DNA of 64,000 nucleotides from Mobula hypostoma (lineage: Eukaryota): assembly GCF_963921235.1 (NCBI RefSeq), contig NC_086097.1, positions 100,070,001 through 100,134,000 on the forward strand. Reading direction: 5' to 3'. This document shows, in pieces, positions 11,902 to 24,144 of the stretch (position 1 is its first letter; every line of letters starts with the position of its first letter). Both the position numbers and the translations under genes were made by a program. The notes beneath the pieces were generated by a model, which saw only the letters and a program-made list of their open reading frames with translations, was not told the origin of the DNA and made no database searches.

Positions 11902-12330
11902 CGTCATTGTCGTTGTCGTGGCTATCCCTCCAGGTCGAGGATGATGGTCTTCGTTCTGAAGAAGTGGCCTACAGAGCGAAGGCGCCCGTGCGTGTATTTG
12001 TTTAACGTGTGCTTGATGTTGCACTCCAAGAAGCACACAATACTTCACAAATCAATCAATTGATTCCAATGGCATGGAAACCACGACGATTGGAGCTGAT
12101 GGATTTGTTGCAGCCTTCATCCGCCTTCACAGCCGTTGAGTTTGAAGTAACTTCGTCCGCCTGTTCGACCGTTGAGGTCTTGGTTGGATTGTTCTTTGTC
12201 AGGGGCCTCACCCTCGACCTTACCGCCATGGGTGACCCTACCAGGAGCATAGCTCCAGAAGGCATCGCTCTCGGGATCACAGGACCACACAAGCCTCTCC
12301 ACCGCGACACGGTGACAACCCACCGAGAAG
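11902..12330 (-). mobile_element. Short non-autonomous RTE-derived element with 11-bp TSD
   Basis: TCTGTAAATGT at 11891-11901 and 12331-12341; (GAC/AAC)n-type tail at the left end; 5' region resembles RTE (Expander/Rex3-type) 5' UTRs (from recall). Confidence 0.8.
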
Positions 12331-13699
12331 TCTGTAAATGTAACACAATATCCTGCATTTTCCTTTGCATAAGCTCAATGCATTAATTAGTGTATGGAGT
12401 GAGCCCTCCGGGTCAGGTCGGCGACTCGGCTCCGATGTTTTTAGAGTACCTTATATTTCCTTGTTAAGTTTATTTTGATACGCTCGGCGATTCCGCGTTG
12501 CGCTCCCTCGGGGTCTATGTTTCGTCGCTTGGCCAAGTCCAGATGGTCAGGTGGAATTATATGTTAAGCTGATCGCTCTCTCTACATGAGAGTCTGACTT
12601 TCTTCCGCACTGATGAAGAGTCTCGACCCGAAACGTCGACTGACCTTTTCTGTCTGATCCACAGAGTTCCTCCAACTGGTTGTGTGTCGCTGCGGATCCC
12701 GTCACCTGCAGCCTGTGTCTCCATGTCTGATCTGCTGATTAACCCCTTGCATCCCGCTGTTGCTGAAGTACTCTCAACAAGGCAGCACGAACTGAAGTAT
12801 AGCGCTCAGAAGCAACTCCAGAATACCCCTACCTTATTGGGACATACATTGTAGGACTTCCAAAATCGCTGGGTCTAAATCCTAGAACCCTACTAAACGC
12901 TGCTTTCTGAACACCTGCAATTTGTTTCTTTTGAAAGCGGGGTTGCGGAGGTTGAGTTTACGTCGAAACAGGCTGTTTAAAGGGATTGTGGTGTTGAAAA
13001 TGGTGCCCGGGTTGTGGCGGAGGGGTCCCGGGTGATTTGTTTTATTCAAAGAACACCGGATACTTTCAGGCCCAGCAGCTCATCTATTTTTTAAACTAAT
13101 CACATGACAATTTACAATGTCCGGTGGGAGGAAACCCACGAGTTGGACGTACAAACTCCTTATTGAACTCCGATGCCCCCACGGTAATATCGTAACGGTT
13201 AGCTTGCTCTTCAGATCTGCACAGGGATAGGAAGTGGCAGAGTAGGTCAGGGTTGTCGGGGCGGCGTGGTTCGAAGGGCGGAAGAGCCTATTCCGCGCTG
13301 TCTCGCTAAATAGATAGATAGATAGATAAAAGAATACGTTGAAAGGTTGAGTCAGCAGCACCTGGGTTGACAACTGCGCGGTTTCACAAGAAAGTAGTGT
13401 AGCGGCAGGAAATGAATGTAGGAGGTTGCAATTTCACAGTGTTACCAGTATATTCCTAGTCATTTTGTTACATATTGTAAGTTTCATAAGACGACATTTG
13501 TGGATTAACTACTGTACTTTATAAGTTTAAAATTAGAAAAATGAAATCTGAAAAGTAAATCAGGAAGAACCCAGACACTGCTTGAAACGTTATCTGCATT
13601 GCTGTCTCTTTTCCAAATATTGAAATACAAATACAGAAAAGAAGGGAAAGCTGTTGGAGTTATTGTGGGAAAGGTAACAAAAGAAACTCAGCCAGGCTT

Positions 13700-14900
13700 T
13701 TATTCTCGAACGCTGGTCAGCGGGCGCCGCCGACAAAAATGTGAGGTGAGAGCAAATCCAGGTCGGTTGTGAATCGCGCTCTGCTCAGCAGACCCGGCAA
13801 CGAAGTTGAGTACTGAAAGGTTGCCAGACCCTGCCGAGCGACTTCTCAGCAAGAGTTAGCACAATCAGGAGAGGAAGAAAACCAATGTCAAACAGGACAA
13901 GCTTTCTGCATATCACAAATCATATCGGCCCGTTCAATGGAGTAATGCTTATCAAAGCCTTGGGAAATAGCCCGTCGCCCGCTTGCTGCCTGCAGCAAAA
14001 CGGGGATGCCGGAGATGTGCGTCATGCCTTGGGAACTCTAGCTGACTGCCGGACTCGGATGAAGGAGGGGGCTGGAGCTGGAGCTGCGAACTGGAGGACA
14101 GCTGCCCGCTTCCCCGCACGGCGCACCACACCGCACCGGGTAAACAGCGCCGAGCGCTGCACGTGGTTCGCGGACCCGGTGGGCGTGGCGGGGCTCGCGG
14201 TCAGCTGGGCCAATCGGACGCCTGGCCCCGCCCTCCGCGGCCGGCTTCACGCCTATTGGCGGACGCTGTGTATCTCGGCAGCTCCGGCCGGAGGCGGCTT
14301 CATTGTAGTGGAATGGCGGCCGTCATTCACAATCCTCTCAAATCGTAAGTAAGCAGCTGTTGCAGTGCTGGTCAGCTGTGGGGCCGCCAGCCCTCTGCTC
14401 CGGCTAGCCCACCCTTCCACCCGGCAGATAGACACAGCCTCCCTCCCCCTGCGTCCAGCCCTCCGGCTGTGGCGAGCTGCGCTTCCCATTGCTCCGGACC
14501 CCGGTCCGGGGAGGGAGAGAGCGAGAGGGAGGGGAAGAGGCACAGCGCTGGGCAGCCAGGGGAAGGGGCGCGCCATCGGCAAGCCGATGTCTGGGCGGCG
14601 CCGTCACTGTGTTGTCTGCGGGCTTTGGTCAGAGATGCAGTGCCTCTGTCCGCCCGGCTTGACAGATGGATTGTCCGCGGTGGGTGACAGACGCACTTCC
14701 GCTGCCTGTCGGTTGATGCACCGGGCGACTCCTCCCGCAGCTGGCCGGCTCCCTCCTTCCCGTTTCCAGTCCTCTCCGCTTGCCGATCACCTGCCGCAGC
14801 TCATCCTTGCTGCTGTTGAAACCTAAAAGGGCAGATTTCTTGCGGTCAATAGAATGCATTCGCCTTAATTTGAAGCAAAGGACAACGAGTGTCCGAGGCG
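13700..14900 (+). promoter_or_regulatory. CpG-island promoter of the d4/DPF gene
   Basis: Locally GC- and CpG-rich; CACGTG 14160-14165, GGGCGTGGC 14181-14189, CCAAT 14210-14214, CCCCGCCC 14226-14233, ATTGG 14255-14259; YY1-like ATGGCGG over the start codon; no TATA box seen. Confidence 0.85.
14313..14344 (+). CDS. dpf1: First coding exon of a d4-family double-PHD BAF subunit (neuro-d4/DPF1 favoured; DPF3 possible)
   Basis: ATG GCG GCC GTC ATT CAC AAT CCT CTC AAA TC|GTAAGT = MAAVIHNPLK-S with a phase-2 donor; matches recalled N-termini of DPF1 (MATAIQNPLKSLG) and DPF3 (MATVIHNPLKALG); Ser11 points to DPF1. Paralog call rests on only 11 residues. Confidence 0.75.
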
Positions 14901-15948
14901 GGACCCGCTTTACCGTAACTGTTTATTTTTCCAGCACTTAATGTTTCTCACGCGATTACGTGCACTTTTAAAAACAAAGTTTGAATGACACTTGTCATTT
15001 TGTTGCAAACTTTTGATGGGTTGGATTTTGCGTGCACGCTGTCATTGTCTATGTTAAAGTAGTTCATATTCTAGGTATGCTGCCTCCAAACACAAGAACT
15101 CTAACGTTGCCTTTCAACGGGATTCTGCTCCTGATTTCATTTCATATGTTTCGTTTATCTGCAAACCCACGTGTTTGTTTCTTCCTCTAACAGTGCGTGA
15201 CTATCGTATTATTTATATGCTAAATAGTAACAAGTGTGAATCGTGATGCATTTAATTTTATTATACATTCCGAAAATCGTTGTCGCAGTTGCATGCTCCC
15301 AGCGTGTTTAATATCCTTCTTTTGTTTTATCAATGCGTAACTAATTTATTGACTTTCTGCAAGCAGCCGTTCTAGCCGCGCTCCCAGACCTCTAACTCAG
15401 TTAAACAAGATTTTTCAGCCAGCCTTCCACGTCACCGGAGCGAAGCCTGCCCAGCCGGAATCCTCTGGTGTCCTCAGCCTTTTAATTTCGCTCAGCTCTG
15501 GCCACCACAGCAGAGCCCCCAGTCACTCTCTGACTCTCGGAGGGACACCGTCACTGCAAGAATTCTGTGACTACCAGCTTGCTCATTCAAAACTCGGCAC
15601 CTATCCAAACTGGCATCAGAGTCCATTTGCCCACTGCCGCGGTGTTCAGCCTAGATCGGCATCTGACAGACGACGATAATTTACCTTTGAAAATTGTCAT
15701 TGTTTTTAAATCCCTGCATCTTTCCAGCCCTCCCTTTTATATAATCCCGCAGCCTCGGAGCCTCGCACACTTCTGGTTCAAGCCACCTGAGCATCCCTTG
15801 TTTTCTTGGCTCTATCCTCAGCTGCCAATTCCCAAACGCTGGAAACCTTTTCACATCACAGAAACGGCCCCTTCTCACTATCTCTCCGGATTCTAGCGCT
15901 CGCCTGTTTTCTCGAGGTCATCGACAATGGCGAGTCAGCCTCCCCCGC

Positions 15949-15981
<33 letters not shown>

Positions 15982-16064
15982 CCACACACACACACACACG
16001 CACCCACACACACACACACACACCCACACACACACACACACACACACACCCACACACACACACC

Positions 16065-16105
<41 letters not shown>

Positions 16106-16165
16106 ACACACACACACCCCCACACACACACACCCACACACACACACACCCACACACACACACAC
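15949..16165. repeat. Interrupted (CA)n microsatellite, ~217 bp
   Basis: CA run with CC, CG and GA interruptions. Confidence 0.97.
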
Positions 16166-16740
16166 GAGGGATGTGCGAGGAAACTCACACGGGTCAAAAG
16201 GAGAACGGCATCGAACCGGTGTTGCTGGTAGTAAACCTCCCTGCCTTCCCAACTAGAGATTGTTTAAAGTCTTTTTTTTGTCTAAACTTGTCTGTTTCAT
16301 TCTGGTGGCTTGTAAATTAATGTTTATTTTAGCCGGACTGTGACAAGTAAGCTAGCACCCCTGTAAAGGACCCGGTACATTTAAACTGCTGCTGTATCTC
16401 AGGTTACTGAAATGCTGATTCATTGTTTGACCGTCCTTTGCTTACTAATTCAATGTTTTTAAGAGATGAATGGACGCAGATACATTGAAGTAACTTCCAA
16501 CTTTAAATAAGTCAATGTTGTTTTAATCAGCTTGTTGCAACCCATGATGAAAACTTGTTTTCTGGGTTTTCTTCATGTTATTACAGTATTGGCGTTTTAA
16601 AATGCCCCGGTCAATATTTATTTGGTGATGTGATGTGCATGTGACAAGGTACTGGGGGACCATCATGGTCTTAGTTCAACACACAGTCCTAACAACACAC
16701 AAAATGCTGGCTGAAAATAAACAGTTGGAGACCCTTCATC

Positions 16741-16925
16741 GGGAATTTCACTCCATAGATGCTGCCTGGCCTGAGATTGCCATGGTGCTCCGGATTTCCA
16801 GGAATTTCTCTCCATGGATGCTGCCTGGCCTGAGATTGCCATGGTGCTCCGGATTTCCAGGAATTTCTCTCCATGGATGCTGCCTGGCCTGAGTTTGCCA
16901 TGGTGCTCTGGATTTCCGGAATTTG
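16741..16925. repeat. 59-bp tandem repeat x3 inside a Penelope remnant (16680-17575)
   Basis: GGAATTTC restarts at 16742, 16801 and 16860; the unit contains the Penelope-end motif CCAT(A/G)GATGCTGCCTGGCCTG. Confidence 0.9.
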
Positions 16926-18865
16926 AAGAATCTCTGGAGTAATGATGCCTTTTTGAGGGACTCAGGAGGTCGGGCAGCATTTGTGGAGGGAAATGGACAG
17001 TTGATGTTTTGGGTCAAGACCTTTCATCGGGACTGGAAAGAAAGGAGATAGCTGGGAGAAGGGGTTGAGTAAGAGCCAGCAGGTGATGGGTGGATCCAGG
17101 TTTTGGGGGAGGGGGTGGAAATGATGTAAAAAACTGGGAGGTGACAAAGAGCTGAAGAAGATGGAGTCTGCTAGGTGAGGATAGTGGAACAAAGAACAAA
17201 GGGTGAAGTGAACCAGTGGGCGGAAGGTATTTACGGAGTCTGGTTAACTCAGCAGGACAGGAGATTGGGAAATCCAGCTTCCCAACCTGCTGGTTACCAG
17301 ATTGGCAAATATTGCTTTCAGAATAATGAGGAGCACCTCAGAACAGGGCACAGGATCAACTGGCTTCAGCCCACAGCCTGCGAGTCTGGGGTGGTCGGTT
17401 ATAGTCTGATTCGAGGTTTAGGATGGAATTTTCAGTAGGAGTAGTTTGAAGGACTAGTGGCAAAAGTATTTCAATTGCTTTCAGCCTGCAGGAGCCTGTC
17501 TGACCCCTGATGCAGCTTGCTGGCCAACCCTTTGCCTTCACAGATGCTGCCTATCCTGCTGAATTCCTCATGCAGTTGGATTATTGTGCACATTATGTCC
17601 TTTCTCTTTAGCATTCCTTGCCCCAGTGCAGCTTACAACGTTACTAAGGGCTGTGATATCCAGCCGACCACTGTGGGGCCACCAGCGGCTTGAGGAGTAA
17701 ACTGCCCCCGGTTGTCCTCGTAGATTTGTTGGGGTTCAAATTTCTTAAAATTTCAATGTTTAACTTGAATGGAACCTACCTGTTTGTTTGTGAAATATCT
17801 ACCTTTATTATCTAATTGAGCCGTACTGCTGTAGTGGCTGGAAATTCATAGCATTTCTGCATAGGGAAATGATATTGGGATATTAGGCTGTATCAGAACA
17901 CGTGCTAAAAATTACTAATATACTGTGATAATAAATATATTAAATATATTTTTGCAATCTAATTTATGGCATGGAGTTTTATAATATTAATTCTAATATC
18001 TCAAGATCATTTTTAATATTAAAAGAAACTAATCATTCAATCTGTGCTTGGGCCGAAAAGGTCTCATAAACCATGTTGATGGGACAACTTTGTTTCTGTT
18101 TGAAGGATGCTTCATTGAGAGGAAGATTTTTTTTATCACTGACTTATGACATGAGCTTGGTTGTGTAGTGGCAGCCATACATAATGCATAATATGCATTG
18201 CAAAACTAAGCAGTGCAAGGAAAGACAGAAAACAAGGTAGGGTTCAGAAATGTGATGGCAGAGAGCAAGCAGCTGTTTCTGAATCGCCACCTGATAAGAG
18301 TGTGTTACCCACTCTTAGAGATAGTGGTAATGGATGCCACACCACCTCTTGAAGATGCCCCGATGGTGGGGAAGGTTATGCCTGTGGAGCATTGACATCA
18401 TCCTGCCGAAGGGTCTCAGCCCAAAATGTCGACTGTCGACTTTTCCGTAGATACTGCCTGGCCTGCTGAGTTCCTCCAGCATTTTGTGTGTGTTGCTTGG
18501 ATTTCCAGCATCTGCAGATTTTCTCTTGTTTGTGAATCACCATCCCTTTGTTCATGAGAAATTAATTTTTAGTTTCTGTAATTTTCTTTGTTTAACTTAT
18601 GGAAAAACGCTGGGGTAAAAAAAGCTGTTTGAATTCTGTTGAATATGTAAGGACAAATGTTAGATGATGACGATGCTGTTGTCTCAAAGCCCTTCAGTAA
18701 AAGCTGGTGGCTTGGAGTTCAGCTTCTGAGTGTGCTCAGGCAGAGTCAGTACAGTAGACTGTTGGACGACTGAGGTAGGGTGTGAAGTCATTGTAGGGTA
18801 ACTGGCTTAATTCTGAGGGTTAGGTCCACTCCAGCAGGAGGTTTGATGGAGCTGAGGTGAAATAC

Positions 18866-19257
18866 TGTGGGAAATGTTGTCAGAAATATTGGGGCAATGA
18901 CAGTATTGTTCAATACATGTCACTGTTGTGAATGCTCGATCTCTGGTGTGGGAAAGGTTGGCAGTATTGGGGCAATGACAGTATTGTTTAATACATGTCT
19001 GTTGTGAATGCTCGATCTCTGGTGTGGGAAAGGTTGGCAGTATTGGCAATGACAGTATTGTTTTAGACACGTCACTGTTGTGAATGCTCGATCTCTGATA
19101 TGGGAAGCATTGTCAGAAGTATTGGGGCAATGACAGTATTGTTTAATACATGTCTGTTTGAATGCTCGATCTCTGATGTGGGAAAGGTTGGCAGTATTGG
19201 GGCAATGACAGTATTGTTTAATACATGTCACTGTTGTGAATGCTCGATCTCTGATGC
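18866..19257. repeat. ~75-81-bp minisatellite, ~5 copies
   Basis: GGCAATGACAGTATTGTT and GAATGCTCGATCTCTG each recur five times. Confidence 0.92.
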
Positions 19258-19771
19258 TGCAAGTCAGCTTTTCATTGCACCTGTATTTACATGTACTTGT
19301 GTATCTGTCAATAAGTTAGACTTTGAACTTTTTGATTTTTGTTGTCTTGGTAATAGTTCTGTTAGACTTCTGGTTAGGATCTTGGCTTGTTGCTGGCAGG
19401 AAGCACGCAATGTGGCAATGCTTGTGTCGGTGCTGATGTTTCAGGGTCATACTGGTGCAAGTAGTGAATTTAACAATAGTTAGACCAAGAATCATTTGTG
19501 CCTGCCTTGCAGATATAATGCAGACAACTTTGCAGTTCCTTGCTTGGACAATAATATAAACTTAACAGGTGTCTGTGCTTGAACTGGCAGGTGGCTGTTG
19601 CCATGGCACCTTCTGCTTCATGTTGTGATGAGATGGGGCGAGAAAAATCCCACTGGGAGTTAGCTGCCTTTACTTACCAATGGCATCTTGCCTAAGATTG
19701 CATCCCAGTTATTCTGTGTTCAAGTTACCCGTTTGGATCAGTTTGTTTCCCATTAGAATGCACACCAGAGT

Positions 19772-20086
19772 TTACTCCAGGTCAGGAAAGAAGTAATTCT
19801 TGTCCTTGTTGAAAACTTGCAGGGTTGGGATGTGTGTCTGGTTGATCTGTGATGGTTCTGTTGTGTGCGTAGATGGGGCATAACCAATTCTGCAGGGGAA
19901 GTCAGTGAGGCACCAGGCTGATTTAATGTTGATGGCGAAGCTCACGTTATGGGGATAGTATTCCTCTATTATGTACCACCTGCTTTGCTCATTAAACTGC
20001 CTATCCCTTGTCCAACCTGTTTCAGTCAGTGCAGCAATGTCGATGTCAAAGTATTTGAATTCCAAAGCTATCTCCCAGGAAGACAA
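19772..20086 (-). mobile_element. Old RTE-clade AP-endonuclease remnant
   Basis: DIDIAALTETG, VSFAI and IPTL..KNYFF.DLE resemble RTE APE motifs. Confidence 0.55.
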
Positions 20087-20227
20087 ATTTAATCATTTGG
20101 AGAAAGAGGAAAGTGATATGATAGAACAGGGTAACAAAGTGGGTAATACTAACCAGAAGTAAAAGCAAGGAATACTGAAAAGACTCTACAAGCTGGGCAG
20201 CTTCTGTGGAAAGAGAAATGGTTATTG

Positions 20228-20830
20228 TTTCATGTCTGAAGTCCATTCAACCATACCCACGAATAAAGCCAAATGAGACAGCATTCCTCTGGGGCCAAGG
20301 CACAAAGCACAGTACCAACAGTCACATGGCACATATAGCATGCATAATACTATAGAAAAGCAGAGTTACAAAAAAAAATAATAAAGCAGCCCAAATCCCT
20401 GAGTGTCATGGCCTGCAGGTTGGTGGTGCTTAGATATTGTTCTGGAGTTGCCTTTCTTCAAGAACAGCCCACAGCAATTCTCATCACACACGAGTCAGCT
20501 ACAGACGAATGCAATGCAGCTTGTCCTCCACTGAACGAACACTGGAGGGCAGCACCAATGGGAGAGGCCAGTCCCCAACCCAGTATGGAATCCAGCTCCA
20601 GCGTCTCCCTCCCTCCTCCAGCGACTCCCTCCCTCCTCCGGCGTCTCCCTCCTCAACCCAGTACAGAATCCAGCTGCACACAACCAGCTCCGGCGTCTCC
20701 CTCCTCGACGGCTGGAACAGACAACTCCAAAGCACGAGGGCCTGGTCCACACCACAAGCAAGGCCATGCAGCTTCCCCATCGCCAGTCTCACCAGTGAAC
20801 CTGATTCTCAGTATTCTGTATGACCAAATA
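20228..20830 (-). mobile_element. Non-coding interspersed repeat, same family as 22080-22845
   Basis: Shared blocks CAACCAT..ACCCAC..AGCCAAATGA..CAGC..GGGCCAAGG and GATGCAAT.CAGCTTGTC.TCCA. Confidence 0.55.
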
Positions 20831-21613
20831 TTTGCCAAACCTTTAATGGAATAATAATCAATAAGGAAGCAAATTGCTTACAGACATAGAAGTATACTTC
20901 CCCCACTTATTCTGCAAGGGAAAAAAATGATAAGGCAGAGTTGAGGAATCTTTTTCTGAATTTACAAGATAGTTTAATCAAAGATGCAAATTACAGACAA
21001 ATATCCACAGCAGACGGGACTGCAAAGTGAACAAGGCTAGAAATTATTGCAGGACACCTTTAGAAGAGTAGGTGAAATTGAGAAGGATATGGTGTATGGA
21101 GAATAGGATGATAATACTTTCAAAGAAGAATCTTGGCTCAGGAAATCGTGTGATTGACACAGAAAATGCTGGAAAACTTCAGGTCAAGAAGGATCTGTGG
21201 TAAGAGAAACAGTTAACATTTGGGTCAAAGGCCAAGCTGACTCTCATTTTCATATTGACAGGTAGAACCAACTTGGTGGAACTAGCAAATGGCAAAGAGC
21301 AGAAAACATAGGTTGGAGATCAATATAGTACCCCAAATAGCATGCAGGGCACAATATCAGTTCAGAATGTGTAATAAGGGTAAAGTAATGATCCTTGGGG
21401 GTTCTAATGCACATATAGGGCGGGAAGACCAAATGGGCAGTGGATGAATTCATGGAGTGTGCAAGAGCAATAAGCCGAGGAACAAGAAAGAGATGGAAGA
21501 TACAAGAAACTACAGATACTGGAATCTGGAGAATAACAAGCTGTGGAGGAAGTCAATAGATCAGGTAGCATATGTGGGGGGAGAAATGGGTCCCTCTGTT
21601 TCTCAGTCTAGGT

Positions 21614-21692
21614 CAGAGGTTCCCAACCCGGAGTCCATGGACCCCCTGGTTAATGGTAGGTGTCCATGACACAAAGAGGTTGCAAACCCCTG
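21614..21692. mobile_element. hAT (Charlie-like) MITE, ~80 bp
   Basis: Ends CAGAGGTTCCCAA / TTGCAAACCCCTG; flanks GTCTAGGT / CTCTACGT (6 of 8 match, NTCTAGAN-like). Confidence 0.75.
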
Positions 21693-22079
21693 CTCTACGT
21701 GAGTGTCTTAAGACAAATCATCAATTGTCGATCTTCCTGCACAGATGGTGTCTGACCTACCAAGTTCTTCCAGCATTTAGTTTTTTCTCCCCCTGCCCTA
21801 GTGAAGAGATTATGACAAAGAGCTATGGAGATCAAGTCATTGAGTATATTTAAAGCAGATGTTGGTAGATCCTTGATTAGTCAGGGTGTCAAAGATCACG
21901 GGGAGAAGGCAGGTGAATGGATGTGAGAGGGATAATAAATCAGCCATGATCAAATGGTAGAGCAGATTTGATGGGCCGAATGGCATAATTCTGCTCTCAT
22001 GGTCAATCCATTTACGTATAACTTTTTGTATCTGTTCCTGTAAATGTCTGCAAGAAAGTGATTCTCATGGTGGTATACG

Positions 22080-22845
22080 TATATTGTTCAGGCTTAATTG
22101 TCATGCAACCATCCATGAATACCCACAAAAACAGCCAAATGAAACAGCGTAGTCTAGGGCCAAGGGGTGAAACACAGTACCAACAGTCACACACAGCACG
22201 AGGCACATATAAAATTGCAGTAGGCACACAGTCCCACATAAAAGAAAGTCTATGTAATATAAGATAGCCCGTCATGTCCCATAGACTGATGGTGCATGGA
22301 TGTTGTTGGCAAGAATAAGGCCATAGCAGTCCTCAGACGGATGCAATCCAGCTTGTCTTCCATCAAGTGAACACCGGGGGGCAGTACTGATCGGAGGAGC
22401 TAGCCCCTAACCCAACATGGCACACTGCCTCCAGCATCTTCTCTCCTGGATGGCTGCACCAGGCAACATCGTGGCTTGAGGCCTCGTCCACGCTGCAACT
22501 AAGGCCACGCAGTTCCCCTGCCATCGGTCTTGTCGATAAACCAGTGAACTAGGCTTGCAGTATTCTGCATTAGCAATGCCCACCAGGGTCTTGCAATCAA
22601 CATCGAAGATAATCACTCGCTATTTGTCTTTGTGCACGGACTCAGACGCCTTTCTGTAGCAAGCAGCAGTGTGGTCTGTACCAAGTCCAGCTTCTCCATT
22701 AACAAGCAGCTTCCTGAATGGGCAGACCTGCACGACTTGAAGTTCTATATGTCCAGCAGTGTCTTGAGATTGTAAACAAAAAAGACAATAGCACCTTTGG
22801 TTGGACCCGGGAAGTTCACTGCATTGGAGCACATCACCATCTTAC
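22080..22845 (-). mobile_element. Non-coding interspersed repeat inserted into a Rex1-type 3' tail
   Basis: Homologous to 20228-20830; minus-strand head GGTAAGATGG; host tail is split at ~22080 and ~22865. Confidence 0.55.
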
Positions 22846-23094
22846 CCACTGTAATCACTTACCGACTTGTGTACATTGATAATAATTTTGCTTTGAAATT
22901 TGAACTGTGAAATGAACAAACCATGATGAAAGGTTTAAACACATTTAGCCAAGTCTGAAACTAGGGTCTTAAATTTGAATGAAGCAATCTATGAAGAAAT
23001 GAGGTGCAGGATGATTGGTAGAATGAGAAACAATAGGAAGACAATGAATGAGCAATGGTTATTATTGTAAAAAATTGATATATAGTTTATAAAT

Positions 23095-23500
23095 AAGTGT
23101 ACACAAAATGTTGGAGGAACTCAACAGGTCAGGCAGCATCTATGGAGATGAATAAACAGTCAATCTTTTGGGCCAAGACCGTTCTTCAGCTCTGGAAAGG
23201 AAGGGAGAAGGCACTCTTGTCCTCACCTGGCCCTAACAGGGATGTAATTTCTCTTGTCACCTACCAACCATGAGCCTCTGCATCTGAAACATCACCCTTC
23301 TTCAACAGGACCCTACCACTAAACTTGCCTTTACCTACCCTCACTTTCACTTTCCACAGGGATCGCTCCCTCCACAATTCCCTTGTCCATTTGTCCCTCC
23401 CCACTAATCTCCCTCCAAGCATTTATCCTGACCTACTGAGTTCCTCCAATATTTTGTGTCTGCTGCTCTGGAATTCCAGCTTCTGCAGAATTTCTTGTGT
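23095..23500. mobile_element. Degraded Penelope element with inverted 3' ends
   Basis: CACAAAATGTTGGAGGAACTCAAC at left versus TGAGTTCCTCCAATATTTTGTG at right; internal coding remnant. Confidence 0.7.
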
Positions 23501-24144
23501 CTAGAAGTAAAATAAGAAGATTAAATGAAACTAGAAGATAGAGAGAGTTCAGAATTTAGCAGAGGAAGGACGAGGCATTGTCAAGGATGGGGAAAATAGA
23601 AGTGAGGGCAGACTAGTGCAAAAAAAAACAGACTGCAAAAAGACTTCTGTAGATGAATAAAAGAAGATTAGTTAATGTGAGTCCTTTACTGAACAAGATA
23701 GGACAATTCACAGGGGTGGGGGAGGTGAAGAGGCAGGAGAAGTAAATATTTTGTCTGTCTTCACAAAAACATTGAAAACCTCCCAGCAATAGTGTAAAAC
23801 AGATGTAGAGTAACTGAGCTCGCAATGAAATTTGCACGAATAAAGAATAGATATTAATAATTAGTCATAGAGCATTAAATCAGGCCCTTTGGCCCATCCA
23901 ATCCATGCTGACCTGTTTTATCTCTTTGCCTAGTCCCATCATCTGTTCGCATCCAGACCATAGCCCTCTATACTCTTCTTATCTGTGTACTAATCCAAAT
24001 GTTGCTATTAGACCTACATCTACCACCTTCTCTGGCAGCTCGTTCCACACTTGTACCACTCTCCGAGTGAAGAAGTTCCCCCTCAGGTTCCCTTTAAATA
24101 TTTAACCTTTCATATTAAACCTACGACTTCAGTTCTAGTCTCAA

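Noticed and set aside
14130..14152. REST/RE1-like CCGCACC..AAACAGCGCC near the promoter
   Set aside because: Both half-sites and the spacing deviate from the RE1 consensus.
13885..14859. Several overlapping 60-155 aa ORFs in the CpG island
   Set aside because: GC-rich stop-poor sequence; only the 32-nt exon has homology and a splice signal.
15806..16256. His-Thr and Cys-Val repeat ORFs
   Set aside because: Translations of the (CA)n microsatellite.
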